The translations under genes and the position numbers were made by a program. DNA of 64,000 nt from Octopus sinensis (lineage: Eukaryota), in the NCBI RefSeq assembly GCF_006345805.1, contig NC_042997.1, positions 51,770,001 to 51,834,000 of the forward strand, read 5' to 3'. Position 1 is the stretch's first letter. The number at the start of each line of letters is the position of its first letter. Under the pieces are notes generated by a model. That model searched no databases. It saw nothing but the letters and a program-made list of their open reading frames with translations, and was not told the origin of the DNA. Shown here one piece after another: positions 1-12,719 of this stretch.

Positions 1-1489
1 AGTTGTTTGATATATATACTGTCCAAAGCTATTATCAATATATACACTACCTAAAGTTATTATTGCAAAAGATAAGCACATTTTAATCAGAAGCAAAATG
101 TTGCAAAAATATATAGAATCTCTTTGTTAACAGAATTGTCACTGAAATATTGTTTGGCTTTCAAATTCAGTATTTTGTTCATTTTTATTTTTAGACTGCT
201 CTGGAAAAGTGACATTTCTATTTGTAGTGATTAAACAAACTTTAACAATTTAGATTTTAAAAACTCACTAGTTTTATTGTGCATTCACTACACTTAAAGA
301 ATATAATCATTCTCAGTAATAAAGAGAGAGAGAGAGAGAGCAAAAGAGAGATGGGAGGAGAGAAAGAGAGTAACAAAATCTTTGTATAGGAAATTCCAGT
401 AAAAATAGACAAGAATATTTTCTTCAGTTGACACTCTTCAAATTAAAGAATAAATAGATGATTAATAGTATTGACTATCATTTGAAAACTACTCATCTGG
501 GGTTTTTTTTTTGCTTTTTCTTAAATAAAATTACAGAAATCTTGTTCCATTTTATACACAATAATTGATAAGGTGCAAGCAATATGGTCCAGGGTTCAGT
601 CCCACTATGTGGTAGCTTGGGCAAGTATCTTCTACTATAGCCTCAAGCTGACCAAAGCCTTGTGAGTGGATATGGCTGACTGACACTGAAAGAAGTCTGT
701 CACACACACACACGTGTGTGTGTGTGTCTGTCTGTCTGTCTATGTGTTTGTGTCTGTGTCTGTCCCCCACCACTGTTTGATAACTGGTGTTGGTGTGTTT
801 ACATCCCTATAACTTAGCAGTTCAGCAAAAAAGACTGATAAAATAAGTACAAGTCTTTAGAAAAATAAAAAAAAGCACTGGGATTGATTCATTCAACTAA
901 AATTCATCAAAGGCAGTGTCCCAGCATGGCTGCAGTCTAATGACTCAAACAAGTAAAAGAAAATTTATGATGGGTTCATATTTTACTGAGGATACATAAA
1001 CTCTCAATATTTAATACACAATAAAGGATGGATGATAATAAAACTGGAAGAACTTTGGACAGAATGCTTTGTAGTATTTAATCAAGTTCTGCATTCAAAA
1101 TCCTCCAAGCCTATAAAAGTACAAATAATATATTGAGTCAATTTTGTCAACTCCACCTCTTCCTTCTTTCCCCAAATAATTTGCAGCCTTGTGCCATTGT
1201 TATAAATCAATGCTTTATACATCACATAAAATTAAGTGGCTACAAAGTTAATTTTGATGATAAGCCAATGTACTTTTACCCACAAAGTATTAATGACTGA
1301 ACCTCTATATGGTTGCTTGTCTGCTAGAAATAGTCAAATCTCCCAAATCCTAGCTTGCCATCTTGAAAAAAAAATGGATAATGTAGTTTTAGATATGATG
1401 GTCATGGTTAAAATTTCTTTGATCATAGATCTACTTATCCAGCACTGACCTGGAGACAAATAACAACTAACTGTTTCTGTTCATTATCA

Positions 1490-2095
1490 TCATCGTCATC
1501 ATCATCATCATTTGACATCCGTTGTCCATGCTGGCATGGGTCAGACGGTTTGACCAGGGCTGGCAAGCTGGAAGGCTACACCAGGCTCCAGTCTGATTTG
1601 GCATGGTTTCTATGGCTGGATGCCCTTCCTAATGTCAACCACTCCAAGAGTGTAATGAGTGCTTTTATGTGCCACTGGAATGGTTGTCATTTGCATGATA
1701 CCAATATCTGCCACAAATATGATTTTACTTGGCTTGACGGGTCTTCTCAAGTATGGCATAATGCGAAAGGTCTCGGTCATTTGTCATTTGCCCAACACTC
1801 GAAAGATATGTTTCATGTACCACTGACTTTGGCCACCTTGCCTCCATAAGGCCCATAGCTTGAAAGGTGCTTTTTACATGCTACCAGCATGGGTGCCAGT
1901 TACATGACATCACTACCGGCCACAACTATGATTTCACTTGGCTTAATGGGTTTTCTCAAGCACAGCATATTTCCAAAAGTCTTGGTTACTAGCCATTGCT
2001 TCTGTGAGGCCCAAAGTTCAAAGATCATGCTTCGCCACCTTGTCTCATGTCTTCCTGAAGCTAACCTCAACCATAGGTTCCCTCCACAGTTAGAG
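1490..2095 (-). mobile_element. RTE 3' fragment (ORF end and 3' UTR)
   Basis: Matches the RPRKTWDEVVKHDLRTLGLTE end and the tail of copies A and B; (CAT)n at 1490-1511. Confidence 0.8.
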
Positions 2096-2262
2096 ATTGG
2101 CACTTCTTTACACAGCTATAACTGTATCTGCTTATTAATTAGTGTTGGTTGTGATTTTGGGCAACAAAATAACATTGTGATCCAAGAAAAAAAAATGTAA
2201 TTAAAATTATTCTTGTGAAAAGAAAAAATTATTTGTGTTAATGATAATTCTTGTCAAAGCAG

Positions 2263-2336
2263 GCAAGAGAGGCAGCTCTGAAATTTAAATTAAAAAGTGA
2301 ATGGTTTTATCCAGCAGAAAAAGGACCCGGTCTTTG
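2263..2336 (+). CDS. Candidate internal exon of an unidentified upstream gene (AREAALKFKLKSEWFYPAEKGPGL-W)
   Basis: CAG acceptor at 2260-2262, 74 nt open with protein-like composition, strong TG|GTAAGT donor at 2337. No homology recognised. Confidence 0.35.
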
Positions 2337-3254
2337 GTAAGTACAATGACAACTCCAAACATTTTGGTCTTATTAGACAAATAAGCTAAGCACACAGTTT
2401 TCTTTCTACTTATCAAACCTCAGAATTATCATGAGAATTTATAGATTTTGAGTGAAAAAATATTTGTAGTTCATTTAGAAAAGGTTTAAGGATGAATAAA
2501 AAATGAAAATACCTATTAACCAAAAGAAAACCTTAAGATATAAAAAAAATGTATTATGAACTGTGGATAAACAAGTTGAAACTATTCTAAATTAGTGTAA
2601 AATCAAAAGCATTCTCACTAGAAGCATCTTCTGTAGCTAAATATTGTTGTTATAAACCAAAGAGGTATCTTCTGTTATCTGTGCACCAAAATATTTCAAT
2701 AGAGGACATCTTTAAAATAATATACTTTATCAAACACAAAAGATGTTAAAAGAAAATGATTTATCAATACTGCATGGATTAATTTTACCCAAAATGGGCA
2801 ACATCACTCACCTGCAGACATTACGATTTAAAAGAAAAAGGAGGGAAAAAGGGGTCTCTGGTGTTCTATGATACAACTTAATAGTTTATTGTGTTTAAAG
2901 TAATAATTTGAAGATGAGTTTTCTATGTGTAAGAGACACTATCTATAGTTAAAGTATTACTTGATGTCAATGCAAATGAATACAGACATTAAAGTACATA
3001 ATTACAAAATTGTTCACTGTTGAGATAAAAACCTTTGGTGTTGATATGGTTGTTTAACCTCAGGTTAGCCTTAATTGAGCTTCCTGGAGAAGGACAGGCT
3101 CGACCAATTTTAAAATACTTAAGTCATACTGTATGACGTGATAGTGTTTCTATACTCCTTTAGGAGTTGAGAGCCCAAGGAAAGGCATTATCAAAGACAC
3201 AGTCATGCTGACTTTTTTTTTAGGACAAAGTATCTGTAATATATTATCTATTAT

Positions 3255-3654
3255 AGGCATAGGAGTGGATGTGTGGTAAGTAGCTTGCTTACCAACCACA
3301 TGGTTCTGGATTCAGTCCCACTGCATAGCATCTTGGGCAAGTGTCTTCTACTATAGCCTTGGGCCGACCAAAGCCTTGTGAGTGGATTTAGTAGATGGAA
3401 ACTGAAAGAAGCTCGTCATATATATATATATATGTACGTGTGTGTGTATGTTGTGTGTTTGTGTTTGTCCCCCTAGCATTGCTTGACAACCGATGCTGGT
3501 GTGTTTACGTCCCTGTAACTTAGTGGTTCGGCAAAAGAGACCGATAGAATAAGTACTAGGCTTACAAAGAATAAGTTCTGGGGTCAATTTGCTTGACTAA
3601 AGGCGGTGCTCCAGCATGGCCACAGTCAAATGACTGAAACAAGTAAAAGAGTAA
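3255..3654 (+). mobile_element. tRNA-derived SINE family A. Other copies near 570-960, 12312-12500, 12985-13170, 15352-15755, 37925-38320, 40506-40905, 44130-44430 and 58780-59215 (+); 34850-35030, 52320-52480 and 52790-53150 (-)
   Basis: Shared head (GGCTGTGTGGTAAG...GGTTCAGTCCCA), core (TTGGGCAAGTGTCTTCTACTATAGCC...GAAACTGAAAGAAGCC), internal (TA)/(TG)n and tail (CTCCAGCATGGCC...GACTGAAACAAGTAAAAGA). Confidence 0.9.
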
Positions 3655-5306
3655 TGTGACCTTTCTTTTTTAAAGCAGACATATGTGAATTAAGGTTTAT
3701 TTGGGTTTTGTTTCTAGCAGGTTGTGTGACTACATAAATGTTCCTTCATCAGCTCATACACATCTAGTGATGTTGTTGTTTAGACCCAGGTCAGCACTAT
3801 TCAAGTAGTCCTTTGATCAAAGGCGTTTCAACCATGACCATTTTATAGTTTTATACATTAGAGACTATATTATCTAATGAACGTGTCTTTTTCTAAAATG
3901 GTAGGATGTGAGTTGAGGAAATTTTGACTGCTATTTCTATCAAGTTGAACAATCATGTAGAGGCTCCTTCATTGACTTACAAATATCTGGTGTATGTTCA
4001 ATAACTGAAAAGCACATATTGTATTGATCATAATTAATTGTTCTAGCTAAACAGGAATACTGGAAAAGAATATTGTAACCATAGTTATCTCTAAGCTGAG
4101 GAGATATATATACTGCACAGTAGCTATCATATGCCAATGGTTGACACTTGCTCTGCAACTCAATGAATTAGTTGAGATTAAGAAATTTTGAATACTAATG
4201 GAATTAAACGATAAATGGAAGTCTATAATAGAGTTTAGTGAATGGAAGTCAAGACAAGCAAATGAAAATACTGATTGACAATTTATTACTTGTCATTGAC
4301 ATGAAATCTCCAGTCCTCTCTGTCTAAAATATCCATGACTATAAGAAACTATATGTTACACTTCCAGAAAATTATTGCAGCACAGATTAATGTTTGGTTT
4401 TATTGGATGTATTGATCCTGGCAATTTACAAAATCAAATGAATGGTAAATGCAGGCATGGCTATGTTGTAAAAAGTGTGCTTCCCAAAGACATTGTTTCT
4501 GGTTCAGTTTCATTGTGTGGTACCATGGGCAAGTGTCTTCTACTATAGTGCCAGGCCAACCAAAGCAGTGTGAGTGGATTTGGTTGACAGAAACTGAAAG
4601 AAGCCTAAGGCGGGTGAACTGGCAGAAATGTTAGCACGCTGGGCGAAATGCGTAGTGGTATTTTGTCTGCCGCTACATTCTGAGTCCAAATTCCACCGAG
4701 GTCGACTTTGCCTGTCATCCTTTCGGGGTCGATTAAATAATTACCAGTTTCACACTGGAGTCAATATAATCGGCTTAATCCGTTTGTCTGTCCTTGTTTG
4801 TCCTCTCTGTGTTTAGCTCCTTGTGGGTAGTAAAGAAATAGGTATTTCTTCTGTCTTTACGTTCTGAGTTCAAATTCTGCCAAAGTCAACTTTGCCTTTC
4901 ATCCTTTCAGGGTCAATAAATAAAGTACCAGTTATGCACTGGAGTTGATGTAATCAACTTAATCCCTTTGTCTGTCCTTTTTTGTCCCCTCTATGTTTAG
5001 CCCCTTGTGGGCAATAAAGAAATGAGAAACTGAAAGAAGCCTATCATATATGTGTGTGTGTGTGTGTGTGTCTGTGAGTGAGTGTTACTGTCTCCTTGCT
5101 TTGACATCACATGATAGTTGTGAATGCATGTCACCTTTGTTGCCCATCTACTGTGAAATTATATCTGGCGATAGAATAACATTAGCTTACTTGGAAACAG
5201 GTTTGGGTTGATGACAGGAAGAGCATCCAGCTGTAGAAAACCTGCCTTAACAAATTCTATGCAAACATGGAAAAGTGGAGATTAAGAATCAATGATGATA
5301 ATAATG

Positions 5307-5479
5307 ATACATACATACATACATACATACATACATACATACATACATACATACATACATACGTACGTACGTACGTACATACATACATACATACATACAT
5401 ACATACATACATACATACATACATACATACATACATACATACATACATACTTACATACATACATATATACATACATACA
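5307..5479. repeat. (ACAT)n microsatellite with an ACGT block
   Basis: Read directly; explains the HTYI/MYVC ORFs. Confidence 0.95.
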
Positions 5480-7039
5480 ACATTCTCAAAGGTTGTATGG
5501 TTGGAGTTTGGTCAGGATAAATTTTATATGGTTGTGAAAAGGGGGAAAACTATAAACCAGAGTAGTAACGTCTTCATCGATGATTTGACTATTTCCCCTG
5601 TATCTGACGAGAAATGTTACAGGTATCTAGGGGTGGATGAAAACATATCTTACAATGGCACCTGTAACAAAACACATGTCACTAAAGGATATTACAGCCG
5701 AATAAAGAAAATTTGGACCTCAGAACTCTCTGTGTTCAATAAAACAGTGGCCCACAATGTGTTTTCAGTGCCAGTACTCATACCAACATTTGGGCTGCTT
5801 GATGGGACACTTGATGAGATCCGAAAAAATGCTAACAAACACACATAATTTCCACATAAACAGTAACATAGACCGCCTCTACCTAAAATGAAAACAAGGC
5901 AGCAGAGGCTTAATATTGATCCAAAATGCCTTTGAATGTTGTATTATATCTCTTTAGCAACATCTTTTAACCACCAAGCATCGAAGTGTATCCCTTGACC
6001 AAGTTTGCATACATGAGGCTGATAACATCATAAGATTTGGAAGGCAGCTCTTTGAGCAACACTCTTTGTCTGATAACCTAGAATACATGTCCAAAGAAGT
6101 CGCATAACTCTACCGTAACATATCATCAGATGAAAGGATGAGCCTATATGAGCAGAAGATTATGCACGAATATGTTAGTAGAAAGATCTGTGATGATAGT
6201 AACATCGATCATCAAAGCAGTCTATCATGGATCAATAGCTGAATTACTACCTCTCACTTTGAAGGGTATGTATTTGCAATCCAGGAACAGGAAATATCAA
6301 CCAAGTAGTTGATGCACAAAAGAGATAGAGATGCAGGACAAGCTGTAAAATGTGACAACTGATGCAGGCTTTATGGAGTTCACACTGAAGATATTACCCA
6401 CATCATAAGCAGTTGTCTGAAAATGTCATCACAGTATTATCTACTGATGAGATATGACATTGTAGCTCGGACACTCCATAATGAAATCCGTCAGAAGGAT
6501 AATCCCAAGGACAAAGAAATAAGAACCCACAATATGGTAGAAGCCATAGCCACTCATAATGAAAAGGAATACTGGTGGAATGTACCAGTGAAGACCTCAA
6601 TAAAATGTAAGCACAACAGATCCGATATAATGATTTGGGATAGAGAAGAGAAACTGTGCACACATGCATGCACACACACACACACACACACATACACACA
6701 TATACATACATACATATACACACACACACACACATACATACATACATACATACATACATAGATACATAGATACATACATACATACATACATACATACATA
6801 CATACATACATACATACATACATAAGGGAGAATCTGGATAAACTGGGATTCTCAGAAAGAGAAATCGACTGGCTAATTTGTACGTTACAAGTGTAAACAG
6901 TAAAAATATGCCATACTTCTCTCAAGTTCCAAATGTGAATTTGTCTGTGTTAATTACATCCCAAAGATGGAGCCTTGTATCTTTGTTGGAAACCAGCTCC
7001 CTCCTCGGTGGAAAATTTACAATAATTAAAAAATAGCAG
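5480..7039 (+). mobile_element. Decayed R4/Dong-like non-LTR retrotransposon (RT C-terminus, zinc knuckle, RLE nuclease, 3' UTR)
   Basis: Translated fragments YRYLGVDE, LYLK..GSRGL, CRLYGVHTEDITHIISSC, RYDIVARTLH, NRSDIMIWDREEK and a C-terminus ending FQM* near 6938. The RLE core is replaced by microsatellite at 6661-6823. The 3' end runs into ACAT repeats. Confidence 0.75.
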
Positions 7040-7134
7040 ACATACATACATATATAGAAACTGATTTTCATTATTGGCAAAAAATCTTGAAATAAAACTG
7101 AATAATGATTGGCTGACATACATACATACATACA

Positions 7135-7494
7135 GGTGGATGAAAACATATCTTACAATGGAACCTGTAACAAAACATGTGTCACTAAAGAATATTACAG
7201 CTGTATAAAGAAAATTTGGACCTCAGAACTCTCTGTGTTCAATAAAACAGTGGCCCACAATGTGCTTGCAGTGCCAGTACTCATACCAACATTTGGGCTG
7301 CTTGATGGGACACTTGATGAGATCCAAGCCTTTGATGTGAAAACCCGGAAAATACTTACAAGCACACATAATTTCCACATAAACAGTGATGTAGACCACC
7401 TCTACTTAAAATGAAACCAAGGTGGCAGAGGCTTAACATTGATCCAAATTGCCTTTGAATGTCGTATTATAACCCTTCAGCAATGTCTTTTAAT
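7135..7494 (+). mobile_element. Second internal fragment of the same R4/Dong-like element
   Basis: Near-copy of ~5631-5985 (VDENISYNGTCNK...HNFHINSDVDHLYLK), flanked by (ACAT)n on both sides. Confidence 0.8.
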
Positions 7495-8894
7495 ACACAT
7501 ACATACATACATACATACATACATACATTCATACCCCAGTTATTGATGTTGAAATTCTAATGAAGGAAACAAGCTCTTTGTTGGCAAAAAATCTTGAAAT
7601 AGAAATGAATAATGACATACATACATATACAGCGCAGTTGGTCATGAATTAAAAGCAGCAAATTGGCAGTCATTGGGGTGTTAGATGGAATATCTCAGAG
7701 CATTTATTTTGACTCTCTGTGCTCTGTGTTCAAATCTTGCCAAGGTCAACTTTACTTTCATCCTTTTGGGGAAAAATCAATAAAAATGTACCAATGAAAG
7801 CAAGAATGGGATGAATTGGCAGAACTGATAGAGAATCAGATGAGATGTTGGGCAGACTAGTTCTGTCCTTTTGCATTCTAACAGCAATATTTGCAACAGC
7901 ACTGAGGCCAAGCTGCATCAACCCTAAAGTGGAGGCCTTTCTTTTGAGCAACATTGGAGATGAGGAATATACGGCATGAGCAACTACCAGTATTCCACAA
8001 AAAAACTTTGCCCTGGCCTAAGCATAAAATTGCAAAAATATGTTCAACTTTCACTGACAGTGACCCTTGGCCGGTCTACAGTTAAAAAAATTTAAATCTC
8101 AGCATGTAGTTGCAAATAACCATTAAACAAGGTAGAATAAGTATTTCAATATTTTGTGGCAAAAGAATTAGTTAAAGGGGTGTAAAATAATTAGAAATGT
8201 AGTATTTCTCAAAAGAGATTTAGGATGAAAATTATCCATGAACTGAAAATGTCATTGAATCCACAAATCCATATTTACATATGGACTGTAAAGGATATTT
8301 TGGCTGCAGCAGTAGATAAGTGATGTGTTCTGCATTGCGTTACTTGAGGCTTTCAAATTTATTTAATCAAAAATAGGAAAACCAATATCCTAATATATGA
8401 ACCAACTGCTAACTTTTGTTCTGAAGTGGAAATTATTGCTGGTATTGGAAACAAACTAAATAACAATGGTCTTCTGAATGATTATTGAACTGTCTGTAAG
8501 ATAAATATTTAGAAAGTAAGCTAAAAGAAGTAGGTTGAACTTGAACTTATTACAAGAATATATTTTAGGGTTGTGAAAGAATTCATAATTGAGTGTCATT
8601 GCTGTAATCATCATCATCATCATCATTGCTTTTATATCAGCCTTTTCCATGCCAGCATGAGTTAAACAAGTGTTCTAGGGGTACTTTATTCCGCATACAT
8701 ATCTTGTAGCAGCTGGACATTTTTTTATGGAGGATATAAATCACCTCGTCCCACTAATCAAACAGTGTCAATGTGAAGACATGCAGAGATAAACACATAC
8801 ACATGTGCATACATACATACATGCACACACAAACACATACACACACACAGACACACACACAGACACACACACACACACACTCACACACACACAC

Positions 8895-8928
<34 letters not shown>

Positions 8929-9030
8929 GTTAATCCAAACATGAAAACACAAAGAGAAAACACAACAACGCGAGGACCTGGAACAAGTATAGTGTTATTG
9001 GACACTCAGGAAAGGAAAAAAAGAAGGAGG

Positions 9031-9862
9031 ATTTAACGTTTGGAGCGGAGCTCTTCGTCAGAAACATAGGAAAAGGAAAGATCCAAGGAAGGGAAGACGG
9101 AGGAAAAAAATTGCCAACGGTACACACGTGGTCACATTTTGAATGACCGGAAGGGAATATATATATATATAACGGGAAGCTTTATGAAAATAAACAAAAG
9201 ATGAAGGCAGGTGGAATACAAACAAACAATTGTATTAGTATGGCGCTCAGGAATATAAATAAAACAAGTCTTTTACATTTCGAGCCTACGCTCTTCAACA
9301 GAAAGATACACAGAAAAGAAACACGGAGAGAAACAAGGAGAGAAAAAAAATGCGTGCAGAAGCTAGCGAATCAACATATATATATACACACATTACATAT
9401 ACACATTAAATATATGAGGGAGATGCTGAAAAGTTCATGGTTTTGGGTAAAAGAAAATGTAGGTGGATCAATTAATTATGATTTTTTCAATACATTCCCC
9501 CTCTTAGATTCACACATTTATTGCTGCCATCCTTCAGTTTTACTAAGCCCTGTAAAAGAATTTGGAAGATTGGGCCTCCAGCCAGGCTTTTTGGGATACC
9601 CTTAAAGCCAGGAACTTTTCAACACCCTTTCATAGAAGTGATGGAAACCCATCTCATATATATATATATATGTGTGTGTATGTATTTATATGTGTATACA
9701 TAAATACACACACACACATACACATGAATAAATATAAATGAATGAATTGAGAAAAAAACAAGTGTTACATAATCACTTTCATTAGCTTACAACTGTTTCT
9801 GCTATGAGAAGCATGCATTCAGAATTAGTGCTTATGCAACATATTACAGCCTCCTCAGAACC
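9031..9862 (-). ncRNA. Cluster of three degenerate hammerhead-like motifs (9031-9065, 9269-9306, 9784-9862)
   Basis: Minus strand reads CTGACGA-a-GAGC-tcc-GCTC-cAAACGTT (G12 lost); CTGTTGA-a-GAGC-gtag-GCTC-GAAATGTA with stem I TCTTT/AAAGA; and CTGAGGA-ggctgt...atagca-GAAAC-AGTT-GTA. Confidence 0.45.
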
Positions 9863-10787
9863 ATTTAAATGAAGTGTATGTTTATCGTAGAAAGCATTTA
9901 AATACATAGGGTTGGTTACGTATATAACCATAAATAAGATTATATAGTTTGGTAGATTTGAGTGTGCAAAACATCATCAGAGACAAATATGTACATCACT
10001 GTATCATTGTATTGATCAGACTATTGGAAGTTGTTACACACCACTGGTCACAATGCATTTCTTCACATGTTGTAGCTTTTGAATGATGCTACCCTACTGT
10101 CCTGATGAGTAGGACAATATTACCCTTGAATGGAAAATCCAGTCCATTGCAGGATTACCCAGTTATAGCTGAGTGGATTGGAGCAATGTAAAATGAAATA
10201 TTTTGCTCAAGAACACAATGATGATGACAGAAGAATGAAATGCAAGGTGAAAGAGTTAGTCTGGGTGAAGGGAATACATAGTTCCCTTCAATTCTTGGTG
10301 ACAAAATCATCCATCACCCCAATGCCAGCAAAACTACCATCAGAGAAGCAAATAATGCCATTCAGCATTGCACAGCCTCCCCAAATTTCAGCAGAGCTTG
10401 CTGCTCCTTGTCAAGAAGTCCTCCTCTAACATTGCAAAGTTCTCCAACCGTTTCTCAACCAAGACAGCTTTATTGGTGGCCCTCCCATTGAAAAAAAAAT
10501 CACCCACAAATATAGTAAGAGCAGTTACTATATTTGGGAAACTCTTTATTCTCTCTTTCTCTCTGATTTTGTTTCTGTGTGCTTGTGTCTCTGCCTGTCC
10601 GTCTGTCTCTCGCTCTCCCACTCACTCTCCCTCATCTTCTCTCTCTCTCCCTTTCCCCTCATTCACTGAGTGTGTTTCACATTTTAGATTCCACCACCAA
10701 GTTTGGCCTTTGTCATGGATCAGTACTATAAATGTTTTATTCCTTGCTCTGTTAGTTCATTGTAATTTACGACACTTTTATAATAAT

Positions 10788-10794
10788 AATGATG

Positions 10795-10836
<42 letters not shown>

Positions 10837-10860
10837 TAATAATAATAATAATGATAATAA
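10788..10860. repeat. (AAT)n microsatellite; an (ATT)n tract also occurs at 27056-27108
   Basis: Read directly. Confidence 0.95.
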
Positions 10861-10953
10861 TGAACTTATTATGATTTGAATAAATTAATTCAATTGAATG
10901 GAATTGCTCATTTTTTTGTAAACCTGTAACTCTCCCCACTTGCATTTTTCCAG

Positions 10954-11072
10954 AAGAATTTGACTTTAAAATGTTCAAACAGAAGAATCAAGAATGGCCT
11001 GCAGAGGTCTTTGGTACTGCCCCTCAGTGTCTCTTATTATCTTACAAAGGAAAAGAAACAGATATTTTTTGA
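10954..11072 (+). CDS. Candidate terminal coding exon of an unidentified upstream gene (EEFDFKMFKQKNQEWPAEVFGTAPQCLLLSYKGKETDIF*)
   Basis: Strong pyrimidine tract and acceptor (ctctccccacttgcatttttccag), phase-1 open frame to TGA at 11070-11072. No homology recognised. Confidence 0.35.
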
Positions 11073-11451
11073 TAATGCCATCAGCTGTTAAAGACAGCTA
11101 GGCTTAGTCTCATGTTACATTAAGATAAATGCCAAAAGGTGAATTATATACAGAAATCAGCTTTCTTTGCTTTTGTAAAATGTTAAATGGTGTTATGGCA
11201 GTAATGGTCAAAATGAATCACTATTATGAGAGATAAGGTATGTGTTTAGTGATATGAATACATTATATGTAAGTTATACGTATGTTGCTATGTAAATACA
11301 CATACACTCACACTGACACACCTATATATATATCCTCCTGTTTTAATTCTTTGAATGCTTCCAGTAAAGAAGGGTTAGTTTCTAACAAAGAAATGAAACT
11401 CTGTTCCTGGAATTTAGGTAAGAACAATAATAAAGTGGTATTTTAGAAGAG

Positions 11452-11685
11452 AAGGCAGTAAGCTGGCAGAAATGTTAGCACACTGGGCAAAATGCTTAGC
11501 GGTATTTCGTCTGCCGCTACGTTCTGAGATCAAATTCTGCCGAGGTCGACTTTGCCTTTCATCCTTTCTGGGTCAATTAAATAAGTACCAGTTACACACT
11601 GGTGTTGATTATAATCGACTTAATCCATTTGTCTGTCCTTGTTTGTCCTCTCTGTGTTTAGCCCCTTGTGGGTAGTAAAGAAACA
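11452..11685 (+). mobile_element. tRNA-derived SINE family B with 15-bp TSD. Other copies at 4608-5025 (dimer), ~7630-7900, 47387-47490 and 59850-60035 (-)
   Basis: TSD GGTATTTTAGAAGAG at 11437-11451 and 11686-11700; body GCTGGCAGAA...GAGGTCGACTTTGCC...GCCCCTTGTGGGTAGTAAAGAAA. Confidence 0.9.
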
Positions 11686-11756
11686 GGTATTTTAGAAGAG
11701 TCTTACATATCTCTACTGCATGAAACTGATATTTATCAATATGTTATGCTATGTTT

Positions 11757-11795
<39 letters not shown>

Positions 11796-12719
11796 CACAC
11801 AAACACACATGCATACAAATGCACACATAAACATGGGCAGCCAACAAAAAACACTTAAGGTAGGTAAGAGACATTAACACACACACACACACACACACAA
11901 TCTGTATGTATGTATTTATGTCCGGGGGACATACATATTAATTTTTCATGAAACTGGACAATAGAAAAATGAAATCAAACCCCAACCAAGTATAATCATT
12001 ATTGCCCAGTGCAAACAGTGAAGGACCAAGTAGATTAACCTGCTGAACTCCCAAAGCAGAAAAAAATGTGCTGGTTACTGAAAGATAGGTAAGAGGACTT
12101 GTGATAAATTACCAAGAAATTTAACTATTGTTTTGCATATTATATAAAAGAAACTTAGCTGATATGTCTACGGACTGTGGCAAGGGAAAAGTAGCTCAAA
12201 AAAGCAATTATTTTGTGATGTTTACAAATTTTGAATAGATTGTATGCAACTGGGAAACAAAAATATTTATGTCCTTCAATGAAGATAAACATTTCCAATT
12301 ATTATCCTCATTAGGTGCAGGAGTGGTTGTGTGGTAAGAAGCTTGCTTCCCAACCACATGGTTTTGGGTTCAGTCCCACTGCATGGCACCTTGGGCAAGT
12401 ATCTTCTACTATAGCCTCCTGGCCAACCAAAGCCTTGTGTGTGGAGGATTTGGTAGATGGAAACTGAAAGAAGCCTGTCGTGTATATATATATACATGTG
12501 TATGAGCTTATGAGAGGTAATGGTGTCAAGAAGACCCAAAGGTGTCAAGTAATGCTAAGTAAGTGCTATGGACAGACTATAGTTAAGCTCCAGGTTCGGT
12601 GGTTATGCGAATGTGGAGTCCAATGTAGATCATATATTAGCATGTGTATATATAAAAAATTAACAGAATGAGATAAAAATTCAAGGCTGTGAAAGATTTC
12701 AGAACATATAGAAATAGAA

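Noticed and set aside
5257-6925. MYVC/HTYI ORFs around 5.3 kb and 6.4-6.9 kb
   Set aside because: Microsatellite read-through; only the embedded retrotransposon segments are meaningful.
10178-10621. Moderately GC-rich stretch with overlapping ORFs (possible exon or processed pseudogene)
   Set aside because: No consistent splice signals and no recognisable product in any frame.
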